In this document: one piece after another, positions 31,406-44,043 of the stretch
Numbering within the stretch: position 1 is the stretch's first letter
Layout: every line of letters starts with the position of its first letter
Assembly: GCF_009914755.1 (NCBI RefSeq)
Contig: NC_060927.1
From: the human T2T-CHM13v2.0 reference genome, Homo sapiens
DNA: 64,000 nucleotides
Reading direction: 5' to 3' (one strand)
Made by a program: the position numbers and the translations under genes
The notes under the pieces: model-generated
Told to the model about the DNA's origin: nothing
Seen by the model: only the letters and a program-made list of their open reading frames with translations
Database searches by the model: none

Positions 31406-32308
31406 CTCGTCAGTTGGAAGCTGGTTCTAAGTCTGGTGAGAGGAAACCCGCTGTGGGACCCTGTCTTCCCAGCCTGGGTCTGTGCTCGTACATCCTCAGC
31501 TGCTGTATTCTCAAAGCTCTATGCTTTGTCGTTTTTGTTTTTGTTTTCTCTTCCTGAAATTAATTACCCAATGCTGAGTGGAACAATGGGATACAGAGGC
31601 TTCAGAGAAATTGGTTTAGTTTTCCTCTTGAATCTGCTTTTGGACAAGTCTCATTTGAGCTCAGGTGGTCCTTTTGGGTCCTGTTGCTGGAGGGTGGATC
31701 TCTCAGTCTCTGAGCCCAGCCCTGGGGTGTGGTGCTCTGCCCCTTGTTCTCCGTCAGCCAAGTCTGGGTGCTCTGGGAAGGTACTTCCCACCCACCGTGC
31801 CTTTCAGTGGGCACTCCCCCTGCGGGGGGATCTTCTCTATCCCTCTCCTCTCTAGATGCAGCTCACAGGGTGGTTTCCGTGGCCTGCGAGTGGGATTTGG
31901 GCTGAATTTCCTACAGTGACTGCTTTAGGGATATGCCAGTAGGGGGTTCAATTTCAGCCCCTTCCTTGGGTCCACAGTGCTCCTCCACAGTGGGAACCCC
32001 TAGCAGCTCTGAACAGCAGATCCAGCCTCGAGCTTATTCTGGCAGTGTAACCAGGCCCTTCACACAGCAAACTGTAGTGACATGTCAGTAGCACATGCCC
32101 TGCGGTTGCTGGTGCCTTCAAAAGTGTTCATTTTAGGTGGTTCTGCCACCCTCCCAAGCCAGACTTCATGTGCACATCTTCCTTATTTTTTCTTGAAAAA
32201 CTGGAATCTGACAAGTCTAGCAGAGTGTGTTTATGAAGTGACTTCTTAAGTAGCAGTATTTGAAACCTGTCATGAAGATATGTGATGATATTGGTTTGGC
32301 TCATGTGA

Positions 32309-32644
<336 letters not shown>

Positions 32645-32874
32645 TAAAACATGTTTAAGTTTTAAAAAGATTGAAACAAAGTCTGTAACTTTTAGCATGC
32701 AACCTTCATGGATTCTCATCATTGGGAAAAATTTTCTACTGGAAGCATTGGCATGTCTTTTGTAGCCATGGAAACTAACCCTTCAAAGAGAGAGAAGCTC
32801 TTCTATCCTCAAACAAGGAGATACAGTGAAAGGAAGGCATATTTCATACTCAGATGCCTGAAATACTTTATTTC

Positions 32875-33165
32875 TGTGTGAGTGTGTGTGTGTGTATATA
32901 TGTAATATATATATTACAGATATATATTACATATATAATATATATATTACATATATAATATATATATTACATATATAATATATATTACATATAATATATA
33001 TATTATATCTATAATATATATATTACATATATAATATATATTATATATTATATCTATAATATATATTACATATATAATATATAATATATATTATATATAT
33101 TACATATAATATATATTATATATATTACATATATATAATATATATTATATATATTATATATATAT
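32875..33165. repeat. (TG)n followed by ~270 nt AT-rich minisatellite (atatataatatatattac-type units)
   Basis: Read directly. Almost only A/T with periodic C. Confidence 0.95.
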
Positions 33166-33339
33166 TTTAAGGCTTATACAAGACTCCTGCTTGTTTTTGT
33201 TTATCAATGGCACGATGGGTGTAGTTTTAGGTGATTGAAGTTACATATGCACTGTGGCCAAATACACCCAGTACAAAGCCCAAAGTTGCATGTCTTTGAT
33301 CCTCATTAGTGTAAAGTCCATGTTTGTGAAAGCAATTAT

Positions 33340-33750
33340 TTAGGTGATTTTTATCGAGCAACTACTAATGGCCGGGGTTTGTGATAAGGAACCAGTATAC
33401 AAAGATAAGACAGACACAGCCCCTCCTTAACAGAGTTTACAGTCTGGTAAGTTAAAGAAAATAGTGAAAAACCAATTGCAGGACTGTGAAGTAAATTCTG
33501 CAAAAGCGGAGTTCTAATCTGGAGGACTCTAAGGTAGAGAAAAGTCTTTATGTCTTGAGCCAGCCGAGTGGGATAGTATCTGGAAGAGCAGGAGGGGTTA
33601 TGCAGGCAACAGCATGCACAGTGGCCTGGTGTTGAAAGAGCTCCATGCCTTGGAGGAACTGAGTGAACTTTAGGATGTCTAGAGTACACAGTTCAAGGGG
33701 GAAGAGGTCAGAAAGGAGGCAGGAGAGATCTGACATGACCAGATAGGTGG
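33340..33750 (-). mobile_element. L2 fragment
   Basis: tttatcgagcaactacta...gagtttacagtctgg...cagcatgcacagtggcctgg. Confidence 0.6.
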
Positions 33751-33998
33751 TGCATTCCTTCACTCCATCCCTACCGCACTCTCCTGCTCAGGGTAAGTGC
33801 CACATGTAAACAGTTAGGTTTGGTCTGTGCAGGGTGGCCCAGCTGCTAATTCCTGTGTTCTGTTCATGGTGGATAACTCAACCTAGTCATTAAAAGCTAG
33901 GAAACACCGACTCTGAAAATGATTCATCTTCCCAAAAGATGAAAACTGTTTTAAACATCATCACCGTCTTTTATGTCAATGAAAGCATCAACAACCCT

Positions 33999-34285
33999 GG
34001 CTGGGCACAGTGGCTCACGCCTGTTTTCCCAGCACTATGGGAGGCTGAGGCGGGTGGATCCCTTGAGGCCAGAAGTTTGAGACTGCCCTGGCCAGCATAG
34101 AGAAACCCTGTCTACTAAAAATATTAAAAAATTAGCTGGACATGGTGGCGCACACCTGTAATTCCAGCTGCTTGGGAGGCTGAGGCACAAGAATTGCTTG
34201 AACCCAGGAGGTGGAGGGCATGCCACTGCACTCCAGCCTGGGCAGCCGAGCCCAGACCCTGTCTCAAAACTAAAAGTAAAAATAG
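33999..34285 (+). mobile_element. Alu with internal right-arm deletion
   Basis: ggctgggcacagtggctcacgcctg...ggaggtggagg|gcatgccactgcactccagcctggg. Confidence 0.92.
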
Positions 34286-36054
34286 AAATGTGATTGTCAA
34301 ATGTTTTTCTTCAACATATTTTACTGTGTAAACAAGGGACCCCCATTTTCTCGTCCTTTTTGCCCACCAGCGGTTCCCATGCATTTCTTGGCAGCTGTGT
34401 TTCATGACTGCTGCTGGAGAATGCTGTCCCAGGCCAGCTGTCTTCCCCCCACAGACATTACCTGCAAAGGAGCAGGTCTTATTTATGGGGTGCTGTATTC
34501 CTAATCCCTCCCCACCCCACTCTGCCTATTGGTCTCATGCAGAGAGAACATCCTTTGGCTATCACCAGCTTTTCATGGTTGAGGGAAAAATGGAACAAAT
34601 ACAATGCTTTTGATGAACTATGAGCTGAGCCAGTGCCAATGATTAAAAATTTTTTAAATTGTGAAACATCACACATTGCTGTTATTTTTTTTTTTTTTTT
34701 TTTACAAAATTCCTAGTTTCCTTGAACAGAAACTGAACCTTTATGCTTTCCAAGAAGTTATATTTAAACAAAAAAGTTCTTTGAATCAAACTACATTTGC
34801 ATTCTGTTTCATTTCCTTCATGTCTATGTAGAGGAAATAATTTAGGTCTAAAGAAGGCTGGACTCCCCTGATAAAAATCAGTGGGTTACTTCTTCAACTT
34901 CCCCCTTCTCTTTGCCTTTATAAGTGTTGCCTTTGTTTTTTTCTGAATTTCTGAGCCTTCTGTTTTACTAAAAATCTGAGTCCCTAGTGATTTTCGTGGC
35001 AGTTTTCAATGGAGGTTATGTTGTTTTTTGCTTTGTTTCGAGGGTTTTTTGTTTTGTTTTGTTTTTTGCATGTGTATGTAAATATCAAAGTGTTTTGTTT
35101 GTTTAAATTTTATGTGGGTCTAATTAAAACAGATAGCATTGCAACACAAGAAAAAAAAATCCTGTATCTAAATCAAGATGACTTCCAGTGGCCCATTTAT
35201 TTTATGGGACGTTTAAGAAATAAAAGTTCCCACAGCAAACTGCGTGTCCTCTTGCATCTGCGGCAGTCCCATTCCACCTGCACCTCTGTTTGTGTGTGAT
35301 GGCTGGCTGCAGCCTGGGCGTGCTGTCTCCAGTAGTGTTGGCTGAGCCAGGGGTCCAGGAGATCAGGATGTCAGGGCCTGTAAATCCTGGGGCATGTGAG
35401 TGTCTGGTGGCCTCTCTGCAGAACATGAGGCGTGTGCCCAGCCCGTGGGGGCTCCACTGGGGCTCCTTAGATGGAGGCTGGCTGGGTCTGGGGCAAGGGG
35501 TTCTCTCCCTGGAGTGGTGCTTACTGAGTGGGAGTGAGGGACAGCAGGTGGAGAGATGAGCGGAAAGGGGGCTGTCACCTTTCTCTGTCCTGAGTTGGGG
35601 CTCTTGGGGAAAATCAGAGTGCAGTAGTGAGCAGAGCTGGGCTTTATGCCCTGTCCTCCCTCCCTGGTCCTGATTCATGACCTCCCCGTGAGCCACAGCC
35701 CCACGGAAGGGACGTAGGATTTGGAGCCTGGTTAGTAACGCTGTTGTTCTGTTGACTGGGCATATGATGTGGGCCAGCAACAATGCCTCGTTGAGCCTCC
35801 GTGTTGGCCTTTGTGAAATGGATGTGAAAATCCTCCTCCTGCCTCTTCCACTGAGGTTGTGAGCAGCCCAGGGGGCAGTGAATGTAAAGACATTTGGAGG
35901 ACTCTAGGAACAATCTAAATAAATGAGGGGCTTTTTTCTGTTATTGTTAGAGAAGGGGACATGGCAGAGACTCAGGCTGTTTTGCCAAAACCCAGGTCGC
36001 TTTCCCCAGCTGTGCAGGCTCGTATTCTGCTGAAGCTGCTGTTGGTTATTCCTG

Positions 36055-36107
36055 GGACCCTGGGCGATGCAGTCACAGGTGAAGGACCCTGGGCGATGCA
36101 GTCACAG
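36055..36107 (+). repeat. 24-bp exact direct repeat, period 29
   Basis: ggaccctgggcgatgcagtcacag at 36055-36078 and 36084-36107. Confidence 0.95.
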
Positions 36108-37180
36108 TGGGGTGGGCTCAGGCTGTGCTTGTTTCAGAGACGATTTTGGCTTGTTCTGCTGTGTTTGTCTATTCCATCTAAAGGTCTTTTGGGGGCTGGA
36201 TGAGTATGGGGCGCATACCATTGTTCTGTCGTCAGAGCGCCCTGCAGCCATTTCTCGTGAACTCACTCAGCACTTATGCTTCTTGGGTGTCAATGCCACC
36301 AAACTACTTGGCTGCCAGGTCCAAGAGCGTGCCAGGCTGTTGCCCAGGGAAAGAAATGGGCAACAAAAAATGGACTAAGTCACAGCAGTCAGGTCCCCGT
36401 GGAGGAGGTGCTGGGGAGGCTGGAGTCGCAGCAGCAGCTGAAAGGTCTTTAGAACGTGCTGTGATCTGGTGTCGCTGCCGAGTCATTAGTCCATCTCTAC
36501 TGAGGATCCCTGTCTGGGGAAGTTGCTGCATCCCAGGGCAACTGTGCTGAAATCAGTTGTCTTATTTCAAAACTTGTGCCTGTGCCCTGAGACCCTCAGC
36601 AGGCATCCTTCTTCCTTCATATGGCAGCCCTTCAGATACTGGGGACCAGCCTCTCTTCTCCATCCCTCCTCCTGCCCCGCCCAGCCCGTCCTTCTTCCCT
36701 GAACAGGTGGACAAGAAATGTTCCTGTGGCAGATGGGGTGTCACGGGGCCCTGACAAGGAAGGTCCACATGAGGGGAGATGATTACACTGGTGTGCTAGA
36801 CCCAGGGGACTGGTGTGGAAAGGGCAGAGGTGACAGTGACCGTAGCATGGTGGTGGTTGGGGGTCAGTGACAGGCGTCATAGGTGTTTTTCCAAATAGTC
36901 GTGTAAGAAAGTTGGGGCTTCATGAGAAGTGTGTTTTTGACCACATTGGTATTGATGTTAAATCCAACCCATCACCCAGTGCTTACTGAATGTCTCTGGT
37001 CTTCCTCAGCACCATTTTCTTCTTATTTTCATTTTCTGTTCACGCATAACACCTGTGAAAGCTGATAGGAGTCCTATCAAATTTCTGTCTGTTCCTCCTT
37101 GCCTACAGAGAAGCAATCCAGGTTCCTTAGTTTTGTATTTAAGCCCCTTTCTGGACTGACAGGAAGCCTGTTTTCGTTAG

Positions 37181-37490
<310 letters not shown>

Positions 37491-37759
37491 CTTGTAGCCT
37501 GGTTTTGATCCTCATCCTCCTGGTGTCTACCTTCTCCTTCCTCTGCTCCTGCTTTTCCTTCCAGGCATCGTGTTGAGGTGCTTAGGGTAGATTCAGCAGC
37601 TGCATGGCCTTGTGTGCCCACGTGCTGTGAGCCTCAGTGTCTATACAAGAGGGTGATAGCAGCCCCTGCCTCCCCATAGTCACTCACCAGCGGGGATGGG
37701 GTAAGGTGTTGCTCTGGGCTCTGGTTAGGTTGCAAGGCTGAGGGGGCCACCCAGGGTAG

Positions 37760-38300
37760 GGGACACATGTATTCATGTTTCGGTGCTCAATGAGTAGAGT
37801 TTTCTGGTGAATTAGAGGCAGGCAGAATGCATTTGGATGGGGTAAGCCAGAGAATGTGTCACCAAAAGCATGAGACTTGAGCTTGGTCTTGAAAGGTGCA
37901 CTGGATTCAAAGATGGGAGAAGGCTGCCCAGGTGGATGGAATTCTGTAGACAAAAGCTCACAGGGTTGCGGAATTGAGAAGAGTGTGGCCAGAGTATAAG
38001 GTGTGCATTTATAGGATGGGTGAATAAGGCTGGAATAGCACTTGGGAGAAGGCTGGAAGGCCTTGAGTGGCAGGCAGAAGCATCTGACCTTCATCCTTGA
38101 GGGAGGCAACAAGGAGCTGTGAGACATTCTGAGTAGGATGCCACCAGGGGGAAGTCTGGGTCTGCAGTAGTCACCTGGAGCAGAGAGGGAAGCAAGCTCT
38201 GATGAAATGCTCTGGCCGCAGCTCCTGTGGCTGCCCAGGGAATGGGTGTGTGCAGACAGGCCTGCATAAGACACTTCACAGCTGTCCTGTTAGGCTGTTA
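37760..38300 (-). mobile_element. L2 fragment
   Basis: gacttgagcttggtcttgaaagg...ggaaggccttgagtggcagg...gaccttcatcct. Confidence 0.55.
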
Positions 38301-38779
38301 GGGAGATTCCTTACTGAGTAATTGCTTCTCAACCAGGAGATAAAAGGGAATATCTTAATGACCTAGAGACAGAAGATCTACCACATGAGGCCTGAACACA
38401 ATAAGGGAAAATGGCGAGCTGGCCGTGGAGGCTGCTCCAGATGATATGTCTAGTTTTGGGCACACTCATTTCATGCTTCTGGGCGATCCCAGCAATTGTG
38501 GGCTTTCTGTCCTATAGGGACATTTTCTGGCCTCCTGAAGGAGTAGGAGTAGGGCTTGTTTTGTTGGATACAATTTTTTGTACATAGCCTTCCTGCATGC
38601 CTATATGAAGTGGCGCCAAGGGGAAATAGAGACATGGGAAGAAATACATGAGAAATGGACAGACAACATTGTCCGTTCCTGCCTGCAAGGAGCTTACAGT
38701 CTAGCTGGTAAGCTGAAATGAATATGTAATAACATGAATTTGAATTTGGTTAGTAGTGGAGTTATATCTTCTAAGCATT

Positions 38780-40030
38780 CAAATTTTTTTCTATTTGGAA
38801 ATAATTTCAAATATATAGAACAACCCCAAGAATAGAAATAGCACAGTGAATAATCCATGTACCCCTTACCCCAGTTCACCTAATATTAAATTTTACCTCA
38901 TTTACTTTTTCATTTGTTATCTATCCATAAGACATGTGGACTGATTTTTAAAAATATTTTATAATTTATTACTGTCCTTAGTTATTTCAGTGCTCAAATT
39001 TCCTAAGATTTGGCTAGTAGGAGCTACTTCTCTAGCTCCTGTATCCTTATGACATATCTCCATAATGTGTTTTGGTTTGTTTTTGTTTTTTGAGCACTTC
39101 CTTATTTTCTTCATCTTGTACCTACCCTACCCTTGCCCTGGAATCACCCAGTTCTCCAAAGTCCCCTGGTTCCTTTTAATGGGGAATGTTATTAGAGACC
39201 AAGATGTGGGTACCAGGTGTGCTTGTACCTGCCAGAGCATCTTTGCTTCTAAGTCCTTTCAACAGGCAGACCTAGGAAATATATGCATTTCCGTACACAT
39301 ATTCATACACATACTTACATTGATACATACACATACTCACATATCAGCCTCTTTTAAAAATCAGACATTGGAAATCAGACTTTAAAATAAACATCTTTTA
39401 GAAATCATCAGTTCACACCTATACCTTCAATTCCAGCCTGTCCCCAGAGGGTTCTTCTCTGTTCCGTGTTTCTGTGTCCCTCCTTCCACAGCGAGAACTC
39501 TGGCTCCCAGCAGCATTAGCACATGTACTCACTGGCTAAATCCTGTAATATGTCTAAGATAGTTTCAGAATGGTCTCATCCACATCACTGCAAAAAACAA
39601 AGCTACTGAAAAGAGTTCAGCATTTGTTTGTAGTTCATCCCTCACTCCAATCCTACCCAAGACTGAGAGTATGTCGTCAAATATTCATGAGCTATTTGAA
39701 TTAGTTTTGTCTTTCTCCTTCAGTCTGGTTATGGTATTCATTTGAATTACAGATTTGTTTGTTTCAAATCACTTTCAGTTTAGGGGTATTTTCCCTTCAT
39801 CTCATCCTTACTGACTTAATTTTTAAAAATTTAAGGTGAAGAACATTAACATGGTTCCCAAAGTCAAAACTATAGAAAAAGGTATACTTAAGAGTGTCAC
39901 TCCAACCTTGATTCCTTTGGCCTAATTCATTCCCATCCCTTGTTTTCTGCTCTTTCTTTTAGATACACCTGAGAGAAATATGCTCCTTTTATTTCCCAGT
40001 TTTTCGTGTGTAAAGGGTAGCACACTTTAT
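38780..40030 (-). mobile_element. Old L1M 3' region
   Basis: tttggaaataatttcaaatatatagaa...catgtaccccttaccccagttcacc and ctccaaagtcccctggttccttttaatgggga are L1MC/ME-like. Ends approximate. Confidence 0.7.
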
Positions 40031-41207
40031 TGCTTTTTTTTTTTTTTTTCATCCAGGCACTTCTTATTTATCTTTTGATCAGACACACCATAACCAAAAT
40101 TCTGGTTTGGAACAAGAAGACTCCTAGCATATAACAGTTGTTGGATTTTTAGTCACTTGCAAAAGTCTGTTGGTTTCTACCAATAGCTTTATTAAATAAG
40201 CTTTGTAAAACAATCTCTTAGTAATAGGATTCTTAGAATATGATGAATTCTTATGCAAAGTGGAGTAACTTTTTTCCCATCATTGCAAAGTTTGATAGAA
40301 GGTGCCTCGGACTTGAGGTGTGATTTTCAGGATCAGAGGGTCAGTTGTGATGGGAATGGGTTATTCTCAACTGAGCAGATAGTGTACAGGATTGGCAGTG
40401 GGTTTGCCAGCTCATTGCGATCACTCTGAGCCTTGGGACCCATGTGTCCTTCTATGTGTCTCCCAATCCTAACGGGTTTGTGGCAGCTTAGAGCCCATTC
40501 ACAGCTAGTGCTAATTTTTCTCCCTTTGATAATTTGAGAAAGCTCTTCCATTTGCCTTTTGAATGTCTCTCTTATGTCTGGATTCAACAACTATTATACA
40601 TTTGAACTTCACGTTGATACCACTCTTTGTGTTTTCAAAGCCTTACTGAATGTCTTGCTTAATTCCTGTGAAACAGCGGAACAGGTATTGTTGTGTCTGT
40701 TTGGAAGTGAGGAAACTGAAGCTCAGAACACAGCAGTGACAGAGCTAGGACTAGAAGCCAGGTCTTCAGACGAAGAGCCCAGAGTGGTGTAGGAGGGCCA
40801 AGGATTTATCTGGGTTTATCACAGGGACTCTACCTCCCTGCCCCCTTCCTCCATCCTGCCCTGTGGCCAACAGATTTCTACTGTATAAACCTCACCTCTG
40901 TCCACATCAATAAATAATACCTTCCTGCTAAATATTCAGCCATTCAGAACTGTCTAAAATCAGTTCAGAGGGTCTATATCAGCAGCTTTGTTATATGAGC
41001 TTTTGTGATAGTGACCATCATTGTGAGTGGGCCATAAACCAGGACTTGGCAGGGTTTTTTACTCCTAGAAATTTTAGTCAGAGTAGAGTTTTACTTATGC
41101 CTGCTTACCTGTGTCCCAGCAGTGGAAAATGTACAACAGTGATGCAGCTTGTTAGAAATGGGATTTTTATATTTGTAATGTTAAAAAGGCATAAAATATT
41201 ACAAAAG

Positions 41208-41435
41208 AAAATTAGGAAGATAGTAAAAGAGTTACCCTGAGAAGCTTAAGGACGTTCATTTTATAATGTATGTAATTATACATTATAAAATGTATATAAT
41301 TATATAATTTAAAAATAAAATATAATTATATAATTATAATACATTATAAAATGTATATAATGTATGTAATTATGCATTATAAAATGAATGTCCTTAAGCT
41401 TCTCAGGGTAACTCTTTTACTATCTTCATAATTTT
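41208..41435. repeat. Near-perfect palindrome with AT-rich centre
   Basis: gaagatagtaaaagagttaccctgagaagcttaaggacgttcattttataatg and its reverse complement cattataaaatgaatgtccttaagcttctcagggtaactcttttactatcttc. Confidence 0.96.
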
Positions 41436-42067
41436 TTTCCCAAGAACCCATATATGATATGGACCCAAAGTAAGAATACCTTGTTTGTATGTAACCATCT
41501 GAATTTAGTATTCTAAGTTCGGAATCAAAACATGCAAACAGATTTGTACTAGGATACTTTTTTGGTGAATAATAGAACTGAAGGTCCACTTTTCTTTGAG
41601 ATGTATTTAAGAAAACAGATTATATAATTCATTTTCCTGCAGATACATGACATGCCAAGCCCTCTTACTGTTGCTCAGGGATGTGATTCTGGATTGAGTT
41701 GTGATTTTTTCAGAGTTCAGAGAATCATTTGGTGAATTTACCTAGAGCTGAGTTATGTATTTCCCATGTGTCAGGAAACCCCGGAGGCCTAGAAACCCCA
41801 AACCATTCTCAGGGTGTGGTACATGTGAATGGCGAGACACTGGAGTCCTTACTTCTTTGAGACAGCAGGTGTTCTTTGGGCTGGGAGGTCAGAGCACGTG
41901 TCTGGGCTCAGATCGGCTCCTGCTCACTCTCTAGATCCACAAAGCCTGGCCTCCTTCCTTATTCACAGGGGGTGGAGTGGAGACTGACAGCCCTAACAGG
42001 ACCAAGGATAGGTTCCAGGGAGTCTGGAAAGTGGGGTGATTTAGAAGCTATGAGAGGGATCCTTTCT

Positions 42068-42200
42068 TTTTCTTTTCTTTTTTTTTTCCTTTCTTTCTTT
42101 CTTTTTTATTTTTATTTTTATTTTTTTTGAGATGGAGTCTTGCTCCGTTGCCCAGGCTGGAGTGCAATGGTGCAATCTCAGCCCGCCGCAACCTCTGTCT
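42068..42200 (-). mobile_element. Heavily 5'-truncated Alu (~70 nt of right arm plus long T-rich tail)
   Basis: TSD-like gagagggatcctttct (42052-42067) / gagtgggattctttct (42201-42216). Confidence 0.85.
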
Positions 42201-42350
42201 GAGTGGGATTCTTTCTAATTGTGGGCAGAGGGTGGCACTTGGTGAGGATTCCAGTTTCTTATCTGAAGTATTAGTGTCACTGGGTGTGCAAGCATCTGTT
42301 CAGCCCCTCGACAGCCTAGAGTTAAGAGACGGGTGTGAATATGGGGTTAG

Positions 42351-42658
42351 TTTTGTTGTTGTTGTTATTATTATTATTATTATTTTGGAGACAGCGTCTT
42401 GCTCTGTTGCCCAGGCTGGAATGCAGTGGCATGAACTTGGCTCACTGCAACCTCTGCCTCCCAGGTTCAAGCAATTCTCTTGCCTCAGCCTCCTGAGTAA
42501 CTGGGACTGCACCACCATGCCCAGCTAATTCTTTTTATTTTAGTAGAGATGGGGTTTCACCATGTTGACCAGGCTGGTCTCAAACTCCTGACCTCATGAT
42601 CCACCCACCTTGGCTTCCCAAAGTGCTGGGATTACAGGCGTGAGCCACCGTGCCTGGC
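42351..42658 (-). mobile_element. AluS with (GTT)n(ATT)n tail
   Basis: Reverse-complement Alu dimer with TSD-like tggggttag on both sides. Confidence 0.94.
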
Positions 42659-42697
42659 TGGGGTTAGCTTTATGAAAGCAGGTCACTTCCCCATTCG

Positions 42698-42730
42698 TGG
42701 GTTGGGTTGGGTTGAGTTGGGTTGGGTTGG
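42698..42730 (+). repeat. (GGGTT)n pentanucleotide repeat
   Basis: tgggttgggttgggttgagttgggttgggttgg. Confidence 0.9.
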
Positions 42731-43839
42731 CTTATCGAGGTAGGACCCTGAAAGAGACATGCTGGCTTTGACTCGGAACAAAGGCAAGAAGGCAGACAGA
42801 AGTAACCTGTGTCAGAATCTCAAGGTCTGTGTGCAGAAACTGCATTGCTGTAACCTCACCTGCTTCCTTGGCAGCTTTTTACTAAGTCTCTAACTCACAT
42901 ATCTTGGCTCCTATAACAACTCACGGTTGGAGATGCAGATGGTTCCTCATATATAAAAATTGGGTAATCGTCCACCTGACTCTCAGGCTTGCCTGAGTAT
43001 GTGGGGTTTTGTATATATGCATAGTCAGAGGCTTGCACACATGGTGGAAAGTAGCATAAACACCCCACAATTGGGAACATTTACCTGTCTGCCAGATCTT
43101 TTCCAGGGCAGGTGTTCCTATAAATGGGCAGAAAATCATATGCCTCTTCCCCTCCTGCAGGGAAGACTTTTGGGGAAGACCATGACAAGTAGCAGGGGTT
43201 AAGAAAAACAGTAATGCTTCATCAGTGCTCGAGTTCCCATCTGGGAAGGGAGAACTGGGTTGTGGAGGGGGTGGGGACTGCCCTGACTCCATGCACTGCT
43301 CTGGCCCGAACCTGCAGGTGATGGGTAGAGGAGCCTAGTGTGGGCACCAGCAAGGACTGCTGCCTGCTCAGAGCTCTTGGTTTGGACAAAAGGGGTAGCA
43401 CACAATATTAATGCAAAGTTTGTCCAAAAGCATTGAAGAAGTTCTAAACTTGGTACTCTTTGACCACAGCTTGGCCCATTTGGGTCCCTCCTCTTTGAGG
43501 AGGCTCTGGGGAAAGTGGGGCGTCTCTGAGTTCAGGCCCCTTGTTGGGGGGTGTCAGAGGCCTGCCATGACAGCACATGGTGTTTTGGGCCTAGGCCCCT
43601 TGAGATCGCTGTCATCGAGGGGAGTTCATTTTCTAAGAAATGATGCATGTGTGTTGGTGTGGGCTCTGCGACTCTGACCCCCATAGTCTTGCTTTGGAAG
43701 ACACTGTCTTCTGTCCTGTCCAAGTGTGTGGCTCCATTGCTGTGCTCATGTGACTATACTCAGTGCTGTGTGTCCTGCCCACAAGACTGTTGTGCAGTAG
43801 GGCAGTGGCTCAGGATGCAGGTCCCCAAGGATGTCCTGA

Positions 43840-44043
<204 letters not shown>

